Position numbers and translations under genes: made by a program
In this document: positions 51,522 to 64,000 of the stretch, piece after piece
Position numbering within the stretch: position 1 is the first letter of the stretch
How the letters are laid out: each line of letters begins with the position of its first letter
Notes under the pieces: generated by a model
Told to the model about the DNA's origin: nothing
The model's database searches: none
The model's input: the letters and a program-made list of their open reading frames with translations, nothing else
Source: Octopus vulgaris
Taxonomy: Eukaryota
Direction: 5' to 3'
DNA length: 64,000 bases
NCBI GenBank assembly: GCA_951406725.2
Contig: OX597815.1
Coordinates: forward strand, 15,996,001 to 16,060,000

Positions 51522-52240
51522 TCAGCAGTCTTGATATATAATCAAGGTGTCTAATGTGTCTAATGTTTTGGATTGTAAAGCATAGGTTAATAGGTTATGA
51601 TCAGTATAAATGGTAAAGGTTCTTCCTTCCAAGAAATGGCAAAGGTGTTTTTCTGACAAATAAGCTGCTCCTGTATCTACCAGGAACTGATATTTGGAAA
51701 CAGTGTCATAAACATAAAAGATTATTGAAGGCACATCCAGAGATGTAATTGCACTTAATCCCTGGTGCTGCCATTTTCCCACATTTGAGTGGCTAATTTG
51801 AAAGAATATGGTTGAGTGCACCTGTGTGCATTATCACCATAATGGTTGTGATGCCAACAAAATATTGTCTGTCTCCCATGAGGATCAAATGAATGATTTC
51901 TTGAAGTCCTTCAACAATGAGAATTCAAATGCACAGAATATTGAGGTAATTGCAACTGTACAAGTCTAATTTTGTCTTCAATTGTCTTACAAAACATCAC
52001 CAAGTTCAGAGGAAATGGAAGAGATGATGGTAGGAAGACAAACTTCTGCACTAGAATTATTGGAAGAAGAAATCTCCATAATACCATCTGCCAAGTCAAC
52101 CAACTGAATAGTAGAACTCTGCTCTCTTATAGGCATTAAAATGGCTTGCACATTTAATGATAGACTAAAAAAAAATTGTCTCAACATCAACTCTTTTAGC
52201 AGGTTATCCTCCACTAATTCTTTTGTTCTTCTCAACAGTT
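51522..52240 (-). mobile_element. Internally deleted Gypsy (CsRn1-like) gag-pol relic
   Basis: Gag LKELMLRQF...VQAIL...LADGIME with the CHCC-type knuckle CWHHNHYGDNAHRC. Protease FLVDTGA is joined directly to RNase H HFLEGRTFTIYTDHN. Confidence 0.8.
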
Positions 52241-53176
52241 GGAAAGGTAAGAAAACAGCAAAAGAAAAGAGCAACAGGCTAGACACTGAAAACTCATAAC
52301 TTTTACTAATGTAGCCCCCCCCCCCATTTTTTGATCTATGACTTTGATATGCTAATAGCATGTCTATTAATGGGTTAGACATATTTTTCACCCATAAAAT
52401 TTTTGTCCGTGTGACATAACAGTTAAAACCAACAGGGGAAGTTGCCATATTTAAGTACAAGTTATTTGGGATCACTCTGTAGCAGAATGGATTCACAAAA
52501 GCATAAATGACAAACTATTCTCTCTCCCTTTTGTTTATAATTGTTGTTTGGATGAAGCAGAGAACATTTAGCCATAAAGATCATGTTTTAACCATTTGCT
52601 CTGATTGGTTAGTTTTTAGGCACAATTTGTCCCTTAAACAATTATGCCAAATTACCCGGTCAACCAATCAGATGCACTCAAATGGATCACATGTTCTCTT
52701 GGTGGAAAAAACCTTTCACATCTCTGTGGAGCCTAGCAATTTCCTTAAATAGATCAGTTTTTCTCCTCTTAGGGAGTCTAGCTTGCATTGCCACTAGGAA
52801 GCTATTGCTTGCTTTCTCCACATTACGACACAGTGAAGCTCATCCCCATTGATATTGCCACTACTAGCTCTTACTGCATCTAACACCAACAATGACAACA
52901 TCATAATTTATCTTCACATATGTGAACTCACTAAGTGAATATGACTTTTTTAGCATTCCCACAGAAACCTTCATTTACCTTATACAATGTTTAATGTCCT
53001 TTCACATTCATGTTGAATTATGCAGCAACTTTATGTTCCCTTCATAGAACACTTGTAACATATATATTACCAGTTCTTTTGGTATAATAGATTTCTGCTA
53101 TTCTTATTTATGTCTCCTCACAGACATGTGTATTCTAACAAGCTGCTTCTTAAATTTTACACCCCTCTTGTTCAAT

Positions 53177-53443
53177 GGATGGAAGCACTCTGTCGGTTAC
53201 GACGATGAGGGTTCCGGTTGATCCGAATCAACGGAACAGCCTGCTCGTGAAATTAACGTGTAAGTGGCTGAGCACTCCACAGACATGTGCACCCTTAACG
53301 TAGTTCTCGGGGATATTCAGCGTGACACAGAGAGTGACAAGGCTGGCCCCTTGAAATACAGGTACAACAGAAACAGGAAGTAAGAGTGAGAGAAAGTTGT
53401 GGTGAAAAAGTACAGCAGGGATCACCACCATCCCCTGCTGGAG
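53177..53443 (-). mobile_element. 5'-truncated SINE family B (tail type 1) with 11-bp TSD
   Basis: Reverse match to about 34455-34721. TSD tcttgttcaat at 53166-53176 and 53444-53454. Confidence 0.9.
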
Positions 53444-53799
53444 TCTTGTTCAATAGACACTGAGTTAAACTTGCAAAGCTGTTTATTTTCTCCTTTCGAT
53501 TTTTAATGTTTATTTTGGCAGATTACCAAACTATCAGTTTGGTCTCCCTGCTAAAACTTCAAAGCAGTCTACAGGAATTCCCAATGTGGTCTAGTCTTAG
53601 CAATCTGCCAAGGCTGCCTGGCTAAGTTCAGCACCAAATGGTTTTTATGGAGTGAAAAGGGGATAAATTTTAGATCACCCAAGGAGTCACAGCTTCATGG
53701 TAAATTGGTCAATTTATAAATCAATAACATGAATCTACAGTGGCTTACTTGTGATCTCTGACTAAATATTTTATGGTTTGGGTTCAAATCCCAACATAA

Positions 53800-54433
53800 C
53801 TAAAAGAAGAATTATGATTAGGATTATAGATATTTTAATACAAATTTACCTTCATCTGGTGAATTCTGAAATTTAGGAATGATCAGAATTTATGGAGGTT
53901 TACTTGCTGAGAAATTTATCGAATTTTTAGAAACAAAACTTTTCAGAATTCAACCTTGACATAGAAAGAATATAGTCGCAATTGTAACTGATGACGCAAG
54001 TGCCATAGTTAAATGGTTAAATGTAGCAAAGATGCTCTTTACAAGAAAACAGTATCAAGTTGTGTAGAGGCTCATTTAACTAATAATTTAACAATTGCAA
54101 TGACAAAATGTTTGAAGACATATCCAAGGAAAATTATCAAAATGTTGATTCTGCAATTAGAAATGTTGTTAATAATTAAGTTGATTTGCAGCAAACTGAA
54201 ATTAGTGAAATAGTTTGTATTGTAGAAGACCTTGAAGAAAAGTTTAGAATTGCTAATATATTAAGAAAGTAAAATTGTTTGTTCATTTTATAGGTCGCCA
54301 ACAAAATTTAAATACTTCAGAAATATATTAAAGAGGAGAATAGTCATGGGTTGTACCTAATGAAGGACACTAAGGAAAGATGGAATTATTTATTTGCAAT
54401 GTTAAAATAATTTTTGCTTCTCATTGAAAGATG
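53800..54433 (+). mobile_element. hAT-like transposase relic
   Basis: IVAIVTDDASA and LMKDTKERWNYLFAML resemble the hAT motifs ivTDnAsN and DvxTRWNSxyxML. Interrupted by the solo LTR. Confidence 0.6.
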
Positions 54434-54702
54434 TGTAGTGTGACGGATGAAGAGGACAACAGAAAAAGAGAAGGAAATACAATGGGCCTTACCTCAGTGA
54501 AGATCAGATCTCTCTCAGCAAAGTCAATGCATCTAGTCGCTTCGTCATCTCAGCTCGAACTGCGCCTTCGTTGAACGCCACATGTGCATGCTCCTTAACC
54601 CCTTCCGCCTCCCCCATGCATGCGCCCTCCAGTTTTGCACCGGGTCCCTGCAAGCCTTACTTCCACCCTCCCTTATCTGTCATCCTCTCCACCGACACCA
54701 CA
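54434..54702. mobile_element. Solo LTR with 5-bp TSD, inserted in the hAT relic
   Basis: Termini TGTAGTGT and ACACCACA, with TSD agatg on both sides. Confidence 0.8.
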
Positions 54703-55679
54703 AGATGTATGGCTAAAGTTAAGATTAATATGAAGCTGCCTCTTGACTTTCAGACAATGATTTTGATGTTATTCAGGCTGTAATCTTAGCATTTTAACCA
54801 ATTACAATTGGACTTGAAAATCCAAGTTGAATGAATATAACCTTCATCCCTGCAAGAAGGCCTACTTCTTTTTATTCTAGAAGAATTGAGTCCGTAACAA
54901 AGAAGCCAGTGCCATTTTGAAACAGCAAGATCTCGCCTGCAACCATTGCCATACGTGAGACAAAAATGAGATCTCACCTGCAACCATTATTTAAAGAAAA
55001 ATCAACAACATTTTCCCTCTCATTCTTCTCACACTGATGCCAAACAAGACTTTGAAGCCAGGAGCTCACAGCAGACTTTTGTCCCACTGTGATACCCCAT
55101 GCATTGTCTCCAGAGGTTATTGAACCTTACGTGTATGGGAGAGAAGGCTAACTACGCACTGCTGGGAAGATGGTTACTGAAAGCAAACCCCTTGTACAAA
55201 AGCACCTGTGAATAAACAGTTACTGAATTTACTCCACCTGAGAACTTCATTCTTTGTATTTCCAGTCCCTTGAATCAAAAGAATAATTATAATGGAAGAA
55301 GAAGATACCCCAAAAGTATCATAAAACCTTCCTTCCATTATAAGTCAATAAAAGCCTCAATGTTACTCTTGGTGAGAATTTATCAAGAAAAGAATCAAAG
55401 AGCCAAGGAATAAAAATTTGATGAGATTGATGAAGTATTTAAATAATTCCCTTTTAATTTTGGATGCATTTAACTTGTTTCTAATTTTATCCTCAAAAAC
55501 TCCACCGGAAAAATATCTCTCAGTAACCACATGAGAGAACATTCATCACTTTTACATAAGAACCTGCTAATTCCTATACCATGATAACTGAGCTTTCACT
55601 CTGTTAAAAGAAAATGTTTTTATTACAGTGATTAGATTTTGTAAACAATCAAAAGAGTGTCCAATCGTCTTATAATAAT

Positions 55680-55892
55680 TGCTTTTCTACTCTAGGCACA
55701 AGGCCCAAAATATTTGTAGAGGAGGCCAGTCAATTAGATCAGCCCAGTATGCAACTGGTAGTAAATTTATCCACCCCGAAAGGATGAAAGGCAAAGTCGA
55801 CTTCAGCAGAACTTCAACTTAGAACATAAAGACTGATGAAATACCGCAAAGCATTTTGCCCAGTGTGCTCACATTTCTGCCAGCTCACCACC
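55680..55892 (-). mobile_element. SINE family C (second tail type)
   Basis: Core ccccgaaaggatgaaaggcaaagtcgac and tail ctaggcacaaggcc on +. Confidence 0.8.
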
Positions 55893-57559
55893 TTATCTTA
55901 CAATAATAATTATAATAGTAAAAACTTTTCTGAGACACAAATCTTTCAAACCTCATCTACAGTCCATCTTCCAGCCATGCCATGGATTCAAACTTCATTT
56001 CAGACACATGTAAATTCCATTTTCCCCACCACTCACCTCTCTCACCTGGACACATGTAACAAAAACTTCCTGTTACTTTTAACTCAGAATTTCTCCTGAC
56101 ACTCCTCCAACAATCTATACTTTCTCTATTTGTTTCCTAAGCAGAAACATGAATCTCAACTCGCCTCTTGTTGGCTCTTCTGCTCATCATATATTGATGC
56201 TGCCAGTGAGAAAGCAGAATCTTTCACAATCCTCAACTCTCTACTGCACCTAGTTTCATCCCTTACATGCCCTCGTTCTTTTTGATGCTATGCTTAATGG
56301 TCAGAACTCCTGCAGTTTTAGATTAAGTATCCCAGGTTATATATGTATTTTGCCTCTAACCTTCAGAAACAACAAAGTAAGCGACTGAAACCAACCTTTT
56401 AGGTATATCTGTAACGGTTTCAAATTTTAGTTGTAACGGGAGAGATTGTTTTAGTGTATAGTCACCAAAATGTAATGGTAAAAATTGAATTGTAGAGAAT
56501 ATTATGATGATGTTGATATTCAGCTGGTGAGACGATAAGAGTTTGTTGTTAAAACGGCAAGTTGTAAGATGTGTAAGATGAACAATGCATGAAGTTTTAA
56601 GGAAATATTTAGTTACCGTTACATTACAATACCTTGCCTCGACGGGCAGGTTTTGATACATCCAAAAGCATGCGAAGTAAAGTTTGTGTTTGTGTCCTCT
56701 TCATTGTTTAGTAGTAAATACAGAGAGAGATAGAATGATGTTGTAAGAGAACAGAATTAGAGCTAGAGAGAATTGTAGGGTGTTGTCTCACAGTTGCTTT
56801 CACCCTCTGACCAAGATTCTAGCTGGTTAGCCAGACCTCGTTGAGTCGTCACCGACTGTGACTAACTCTGTTGAGTCATCATGACTATGACGAACTTTTT
56901 TGCTTGGGGTGTGCTGGCTTATATAACTATCTAGAAGGATAGATATATCATTGAGAACAATAGATTTAGTTGGTGGTCTTGTTATCTCTATTCTAGCTTC
57001 TGGTGAAGTAGAAGAGGTTAGAAATGGTCAAGTAGTGAAAACATTATTTCAGCCTAGCTAAAGGCATCAGGAAAATGCAAAACTGCTGTCAGAGAAAAAC
57101 CATTGTTCCATCATGGGAAAAGTTCTGTAGCAGCGTTGATTTAAATTTGGCTACGTTGGATCGAATCCAATGCATGCAAGATTCGCTACATATCTATCCA
57201 CATACCATATACACACCGAAACTCAGTTACAAGTTGCCGAAGTGGTTCACTTATAAGTATTTCAATGGTCTGTAACATTTGAAGAAAAAAAAATCTACCC
57301 CAACAAACTGGACAATGTTCTTATAGCTACACAACTCCTATAAGACCAAACACTCCTGCTTCCCAGACCACATCCAATCCTCTAACCTCTTGCCAAACAG
57401 ACCTCTACTAACTTTCTATATTTCTTTTTCCCTCCACTTCTTCACTATAATGTCTCTGTCAATGATACTCCTTGAGAATAAGCCTCTATATTTGCTCTCT
57501 GCTTTACATCCAACTTTATACTGAATACACTAAGTGTCCTCTATACACTGTTCCTGTCC

Positions 57560-57900
57560 GTTCCACTCATCTCAACACCATGTACATGTATATAACAAGC
57601 AGAAAAAACATCTTGGTTTGCTTCAAACTAACAAGACCACCAACCCTGACAATGTCTCTTCCATTACCTTCAAACAACATATCTTGGAGTTAGCCCCTAT
57701 CCTTATCAAATTCTTCAATCTCTCACTCTCTTTACAAGGATATATCCCAGTCTATGGAAACCCGCTACAATGTATCCAATTCCCAAAATAAGCAACCCAT
57801 CAGACCCTGCCAACTACCATTCCCATTCTATCACTAGTTTTCAATATCTCAAAGGTGATGGAGTCTACCTTAAGCAACAACCTGCTCCATTACCTTAAAT
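57560..57900 (+). mobile_element. Decayed LINE RT N-terminal fragment
   Basis: NPDNVSSITFKQHILELAPILIKFFNLSL followed by PSDPANY and ISKVMES. Confidence 0.65.
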
Positions 57901-59119
57901 CTCTCTCTCTCTCTCTCTCTCTCCCCCCCCATCACTAAACAATACTGCTTTGGTGTACTTTTAAAATCTGGTTCACTATTTTTAGCAGGTCGAATCCCAT
58001 TTAGAAGTGCCTCATTGGTCCATGAGATTATTTTAGCAACATAGTTGTTCTTAACAAAAAACCACATAGAAAAAGAAAAAACTATTAACTTGAGAATCTT
58101 TACATGGCTGCTCAATTTAGTAGAAACATCACTAAAATCTATCTCAGATACACCCTGCCATTTTAGAAAAGGGAAGGATACACTAAGTAATGTTGACTTG
58201 ATGGGATTGTGCCACAGTTTGAATGTCTTTGGTTACAGCTCTACTCAATCAGGGCTGATATAACTAACACTAAACCACAATGACACTCTTAAATCTCTAT
58301 TCTCACGACCCACCTAACCACTTTCTCTCAGTCTTTTCTCTGTTGAATGACCTACATTCTTCTTTTAGACATTGACTGACAGACGTTAAACCTGAACATC
58401 AACTGTACTGATCTCATCAGACTTGGAGGATTTTCAAAGGTCAAGGGCACCTGTTATCTTTGACTAAACCATTGGCAAAAAGGAAAGACTGTAGAAGTAA
58501 ACGAAAAGCTCTAAACAACTGGCAATGACCAGCAGGAAACCAACAAGCCTTGTCAGGCTTAAACATGTTCACCAAGGAACCTAATTCCCGGACACAATTT
58601 GTTCAAAGATCAAAGGTCTTTGAAACTGGAAATTTACTTGTTTGTAGATATATACTGAAGCATGTACACTTGTTTCACCCCAGCAGCTACCATAATTTCA
58701 CATTCCCTCTCCATTAGTCAGTCAACAAAGCTGACAAAATATTTTTGTAACTCAAGAATGTTAACAACATAAATTTAGTTCATTTTATTTTTAATTCTTT
58801 TATTTTTATAAAAATTTTTATTTAATATTTCTTCATTCATTGATTCAATGTTATTTCCTTTCTTTTATTTTTGCTATTTATTACACTCTTCTGTATCTAC
58901 CATATTGACTTAAACCTTTATCTTCTTGCTTACAAAAGGGTTAAACACTTGCAGACTCTTGAAATATGAATTTGATTGCAAAGTTATGTGTTTTCTTTAG
59001 TCAGTGTTTGGTTGTGTTAGTGTATGGACATGAAAAATTGTCGTCATCGTCGTTGTCATCATCATCATCAAGCATGCAATTAAAGTATGCTTTTTAGCAC
59101 GAGCATTTGTTGTGCTCCT

Positions 59120-59348
59120 TTAACCCTTTTGTTACCAACCCGGTTGAAACCACCTCTGGCTCTATTGTACAAATATCTTGTTTTCATAAGTTTTGAATTA
59201 AAATCTTCCACCAAACCTTAGTCACAATTTATGTTCCTGACACTAGCTGAATGATAACTAAGTTATTTTACTAAATTCGTTGTTATATTTAAAATAATTG
59301 AAAGAAACACAGAACATCTCGAAATAAATACAGTAACGAAAGGGTTAA
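59120..59348. mobile_element. TTAA MITE, same family as 28064
   Basis: Ends TTAA-cccttttgttac and gtaacgaaaggg-TTAA. Confidence 0.85.
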
Positions 59349-60414
59349 GATATCAATCCTAATGTTATGCACCATGTTGTGTTCCTGGTAGTTTTTCCAG
59401 TTTACAAGCAATTCACTCTATAAGATTTTGCCCATAGTGATGACATCTTTTTATGTTTCATTATTTTCAAGGAAGTGAATCTTCCAGCTTCCATTCTGTC
59501 ACTTATATATTTGAAAACCTTATTTGAATTTCAGATTATTGATGTTTTTCTTTGAATATGAGTTATATACTGGGTTGTCGTATTCAATATGTCAACAAAT
59601 AGTTTTGTATTTCAAAGTCTAATTTTTAGTTGTTACTTTTATATTTATTCATTTATTTATTGAGAAACCTTAAAAGAATTCTTTCTTCACATTATTTTTA
59701 TGTGTAAGCCAAAACTTATGTTATAAATGTTAGTGACACCAGGATGTGTATCAGCATAGCTGCACATTATTGAGATGTGCAGTTATATTTCAGGGGGCTA
59801 TTTGTTGCTGCTACAAGGATGAAGGATTCACTTCCTTGAAAATAAGGAGATGTGAAAAGACTTTATCTTATAAACAAAATATTACACCATGATGATACCT
59901 TAATGAACACTAATATCAAAAATATACTTTAATTATTGTTGTTGTTGTTGATGATGATGATGATGATGGCAGTTTTTCATGTCCAAAGATTATGTAGAAG
60001 AGTGATACACCCTCAAGGGACTATGTAAATTGATCCTTGAACAACAGACTCTGGTGCACTAAGGGCAAATACGTAGGTTTTGGTCAGATGCGGGGTTGTG
60101 ACAATGACTATGTATTTTCATCTTTGGAGCTTCTCATCTGCCTTAGTTGTTCTGGCCCTGTCAAAGTTGTTTGTGGTGGCCTGGATTCAATCTTGCCACC
60201 TCCCTCTGTGCTGTGACATCTCCCTACCCTGTAGGGCCTATCTCTTCCTGAATGAGGTGGTGTTTCAACTGGTCTTTGAAACCCTTCCAGAGGATCTCCT
60301 CTCTCTCTTTAGCCCTGACTTTAATCACATATTTAATATCATGCTGAATAGCTATACCATACCACATTCTAAGGCCATGTCAACATTCATTGATCATTAA
60401 AAAAAAAAAAAAAT

Positions 60415-60815
60415 GAAATTATTGTATACAGTGCTCAGGTGCACCACAACTTGTCATAAGTGCATATAAAGTATATGCCGTAATGTACAAATGTCTGGAA
60501 AGTTTTGAAGGATGCAGTGCTCCGACAACTAATAACTGATGCCAGCAGTTTGTTCCATGCTTCAGCAACTCTTAGCGTGAAAAAATGTTTCCTGAAGTCA
60601 TGGGAGCTGTGCTGTTTTCTGATTTTGTAAATATGTCCACGGGTGTTAGATAGGTGGAGTTTGAAAAGGTGCTCAGAGTTATTGTTTGTGAGATGGTTGA
60701 TAATTTTATGGGTGTCTGCCAAGTCAGCTGCCAGACATCGGAGTTTCAATGTGTCCATGCCCAGGGAAGTAAGGCATTCAGAATATGGCAAATGCCTGAG
60801 GGAGGGTATTCTCTT
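60415..60815 (-). mobile_element. CR1/L2-type LINE 3' end
   Basis: KRIPSLRHLPYSECL...NTRGHIYKI...RKHFFTLRVAEAWNKL...SFK, followed by a 3' UTR and a T-rich end. Confidence 0.85.
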
Positions 60816-61360
60816 TGTAAGCATCTACATGGTTTTTGATGTTGCTCATAATTATATCAGCAGCTTTTTGGGGCCAGATTGGTTGAGTTGGTATCTACAG
60901 TGAACTAACGAAGGAGCTTCTGCACAGCTGCTCAGCCTTCCAGAAATTACAGCCAATTGTGCATCAAATTACACCCTAAAATAAAAGGTACATTGATAAT
61001 GTGATTCTAGATACACTATGTCTGAAAAAAAAAAAAACAGATTAGTGGTTTGGGCTGGAATAACTTTGATCATAGATCTTGTTGGATTAAGGCTGACCTA
61101 AAACTGAACAACGTCAACATGTATGAATATAATTAAGCAATAAAATATATTAAAGAAAATAATGCAAGTGGCCCAATGCTATGAATAGATAAAGAGATTT
61201 ATAGTGCAGTGTTTTAGATGGCATAATCAAGAAAATCCTTAAATGATTGACATTTGTCTCTTGGAGAAGGAAAATAAAAATATATCAGTACTTATTGGTG
61301 ATGCTCAAAGAAAGTTGCTAACAATTACTGACAGTTTTTTTTTTTCTTTCAACTAAGATA

Positions 61361-61595
61361 GGCGTAGGAGTGGCTGTGTGGTAAGTAGCTTGCTTACGAA
61401 CCACATGGTTCCGGGTTCAGTCCCACTGCGTGGCACCTTGGGCAAGTGTCTTCTACTATAGCCTCAGGCAGACCAAAGCCTTGTGAGTGGATTTGGTAGA
61501 CAGAAACTGAAAGAAGCCCGTCATATATATGTACATCATCATCATCATCATCATCGTCGTTTAGCGTCCGTTTTCCATGCTAGCATGGGTTGGAC

Positions 61596-61670
<75 letters not shown>

Positions 61671-61893
61671 TGTGTCTGTGTTTGACCACCCCCCCAACAT
61701 CGCTTGACAACTGATGCTGGTGTGTTTACGTTCCCGTAACTTAGCGGTTCGGCAAAAGAGACCGATAGAATAAGTACTAGAATAAGTACAAAGAATAAGT
61801 CCTGGGGTCGATTTGCTCGACTAAAGGCAGTGCTCCAGCATGGCCACAGTCAAATGACTGAAACAAGTAAAAGAGTAAAGAGTAAGAGTAAGA
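61361..61893 (+). mobile_element. SINE family A with a nested RTE tail in its internal microsatellite
   Basis: Full head and tail are present. 61534-61595 is (cat)n-cgtttagcgtccgttttccatgctagcatgggttggac, flanked by atatatatgt on both sides. Confidence 0.9.
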
Positions 61894-62409
61894 GGGGAAT
61901 TTTAATTAACTGAGATTTTTTGGGCATTTACTAAAATCGCTGAAGTTTAAGGCAAAAATTTGATATAATTAAATCAACAAGGAATCAATGGAAAGATAAC
62001 AAAGATGATACTTTTGTATAATACAAACAAGAATTGATATAAATTTTTTCTATCAGCATAATTCATAATGTAGCTGAGGAATATGTGTTCTTTGTTGCAC
62101 AATCAATTTTCATAAGTAATTGTTAGCTGCTGCATAATGAAGACAGAAAAAATAAAACAGAATTTTTAAATGACAAAAATTAAAGAAGCCTTTATGTGGT
62201 CGCTGGACATGCTAAAATAGTAGACAAACTCTCCTCAATTAAAATTCAATGATCTTAAAATAGAAAGAACATACCAGAAAATGTAGTCCTAGATACACTG
62301 TTTGAAAAACAAAAATTAAAAAACGAGAATGGCATAGTGGGCTGCCCTAGGTTAGACAACAGCAATACCCTTATTAACTCTTCCATGTTAGCATGGTTGG
62401 TAGCAGTTC

Positions 62410-62620
62410 ATCCTCATCATCATCGTTTAACATCCGTTTTCCATGCTAGCATGGGTTGGACAGTTCGACTGGGGTCGGGGAAGCCAGAAGGCTGCACCAG
62501 GCTCCAGCCAGATCTGGCAGTGTTTCTACAGCTAAATGCCCTTCCTAACACCAATCACTCCATGAGTGTAGTGGGTGCTTTTTACATGCCACCGGCACAG
62601 GTGCCAGAGGGAGCTGGCAT
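62410..62620 (-). mobile_element. RTE 3'-end fragment
   Basis: Same tail as the 35075 and 46993 copies. Confidence 0.85.
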
Positions 62621-62668
62621 AGTTGTTAATGTTGTTCTGACTCTAGGTAAGCTTTTAGCTGTTGCTGT

Positions 62669-63048
62669 TTGTTTGTTTGTTTGTTGAGCGAAGCAGTTTT
62701 CATCCCAATAGTGGGAGAAGTCCGAACCATGGTCCTTTGCTATTCGTAAGACCCGCAGAAGAGAAAGCAGGTCAACCCCCTACACTGAGAGCATCGACAG
62801 ATGGATGAATGCGCATCCAGGCTCAGCGGTTGCGTAGGAAGTCAGGGACAAGAGACAGGAAAAAAGGGTGAGAAAAAGTTGGGGTGAAAGAGTACAACAG
62901 GGGTCGCCACCACCCCATGCCAGAGCCTCATAGAGCTTTAGGTGTTTTCGCTCAATAAACACACACAACGCCCAGCCTGGGAATCGAAACCGTAATCCTC
63001 CGACCGCGTGTCCGCTGCCCTAACCACTGGGCCATTGCGCCTCCACTT
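62669..63048 (-). mobile_element. Full-length SINE family B, tail type 2, with 11-bp TSD
   Basis: Same tRNA-like head and central domain as 34335 but an unrelated 3' half ending (caaa)n. TSD gctgttgctgt at 62658-62668 and 63049-63059. Confidence 0.9.
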
Positions 63049-63800
63049 GCTGTTGCTGTGTAACCCTAGTTGAACTCTGACTGGCAAAGTGAAGATTAAC
63101 AGCATTAAGCTCAGAAGTTTCAGAAAGCCTGCAAAGGTTATGGGCAACAAGTAAAAGAAATGTGAGGATAGGTATAACTTAGACTGAATTTGGTACTCAA
63201 TTGCTGATTATTTCACAAACTCTAGGTAGGTACGGTGAAAGGCAAAGTTGACTTCAGCGGAATTTGAACTAAGAGCATAAATGAATGCAACCATGCCTGT
63301 CATTGTTCATTCATAAATTAAGAACCTGGCATACAAAAGTGAGACTCTATTGAATAACTCTAATAAGACAAAAGCACATCTAAAGTTGTCACTGTAATTC
63401 TAAAGATGAAAGCACACTCCACTGTGTGCCTTCATTCATTTTTAATTAATATTGACTTTAAAGTTGTTTCCCCTACTTCTCTTAACCAGAATTAATCAAT
63501 AAACACACGTTTTTTTTTCTCCTCCTTATAGATCTAAGTTGATTAATTAAACATTATGCATTAAATATAAAGTGCAAATTGACAGAATCATTAAAGTGTT
63601 AGTTAGAAGGTTTTATAGTATTTGTTCTGGCTCTCTGCACTATGAGTTTAAAATCCCAATGAGATCAATTTTTGTCTTTCATTCTTTTGAGGTTGATAAA
63701 ATAGTAGTCAAGAACTGGTGTCACTTCTTTCTCCACCCTCCTCTCTCTCTCTCTTTCTGATGGATATAGCATACAAGATAGTGTCTTGTAAAAATACTCA

Positions 63801-63957
63801 AGGAGTGGCTGTGTGGTAAGTAGCTTGCTAACCAACCACATGGTTCCAGGTTCAGTCCCACTGCGTGACACCTTGGGCAAGTGTCTTCTGCTATAGCCTC
63901 GGGCTGACCAATGCCTTGTGAGTGGATTTGGTAGACAGAAACTGAAAGAAGCCTGTC

Positions 63958-64000
<43 letters not shown>
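63801..64000 (+). mobile_element. SINE family A 5' half, running off the window in (TA)n
   Basis: Matches about 28970-29140. Confidence 0.9.

Noticed and set aside
56340-57070. CpG-containing block resembling an LTR or other repeat, with a short tandem ctcgttgagtcgtcac-like duplication
   Set aside because: No termini, TSD or coding motif could be identified with confidence.

Overview
AT-rich, repeat-dense eukaryotic DNA, most likely octopus/cephalopod (inferred from the SINE, RTE and microsatellite content). It holds two convergent spliced genes. On + are the last two coding exons of a FUBP/KHSRP/PSI-family RNA-binding protein (214-504, 2936-3102). On - is a complete six-exon peroxiredoxin-4 gene (45765 to 22331; 247 aa with signal peptide; 18 kb intron 1). 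The rest is tRNA-derived SINEs, RTE and CR1/L2 LINE pieces, Helitrons, TTAA MITEs, solo LTRs, and mariner, hAT and Gypsy relics. The best candidate for a new system is in PRDX4 intron 1. A cryptic in-phase alternative first exon (MLAMH/V-SKPAP, no signal peptide) sits in the loop of a 29-bp near-perfect RNA stem, which could couple promoter choice to 5' splice-site choice and so to ER versus cytosolic Prx4. Also notable are a Penelope-type minimal hammerhead ribozyme with a G3-C8 swapped core, a 612-bp near-perfect palindrome, an RTE with a PHD finger inside its RT region, and an RTE with twin-priming geometry. Exon coordinates were read by eye and checked for phase; repeat boundaries are approximate.
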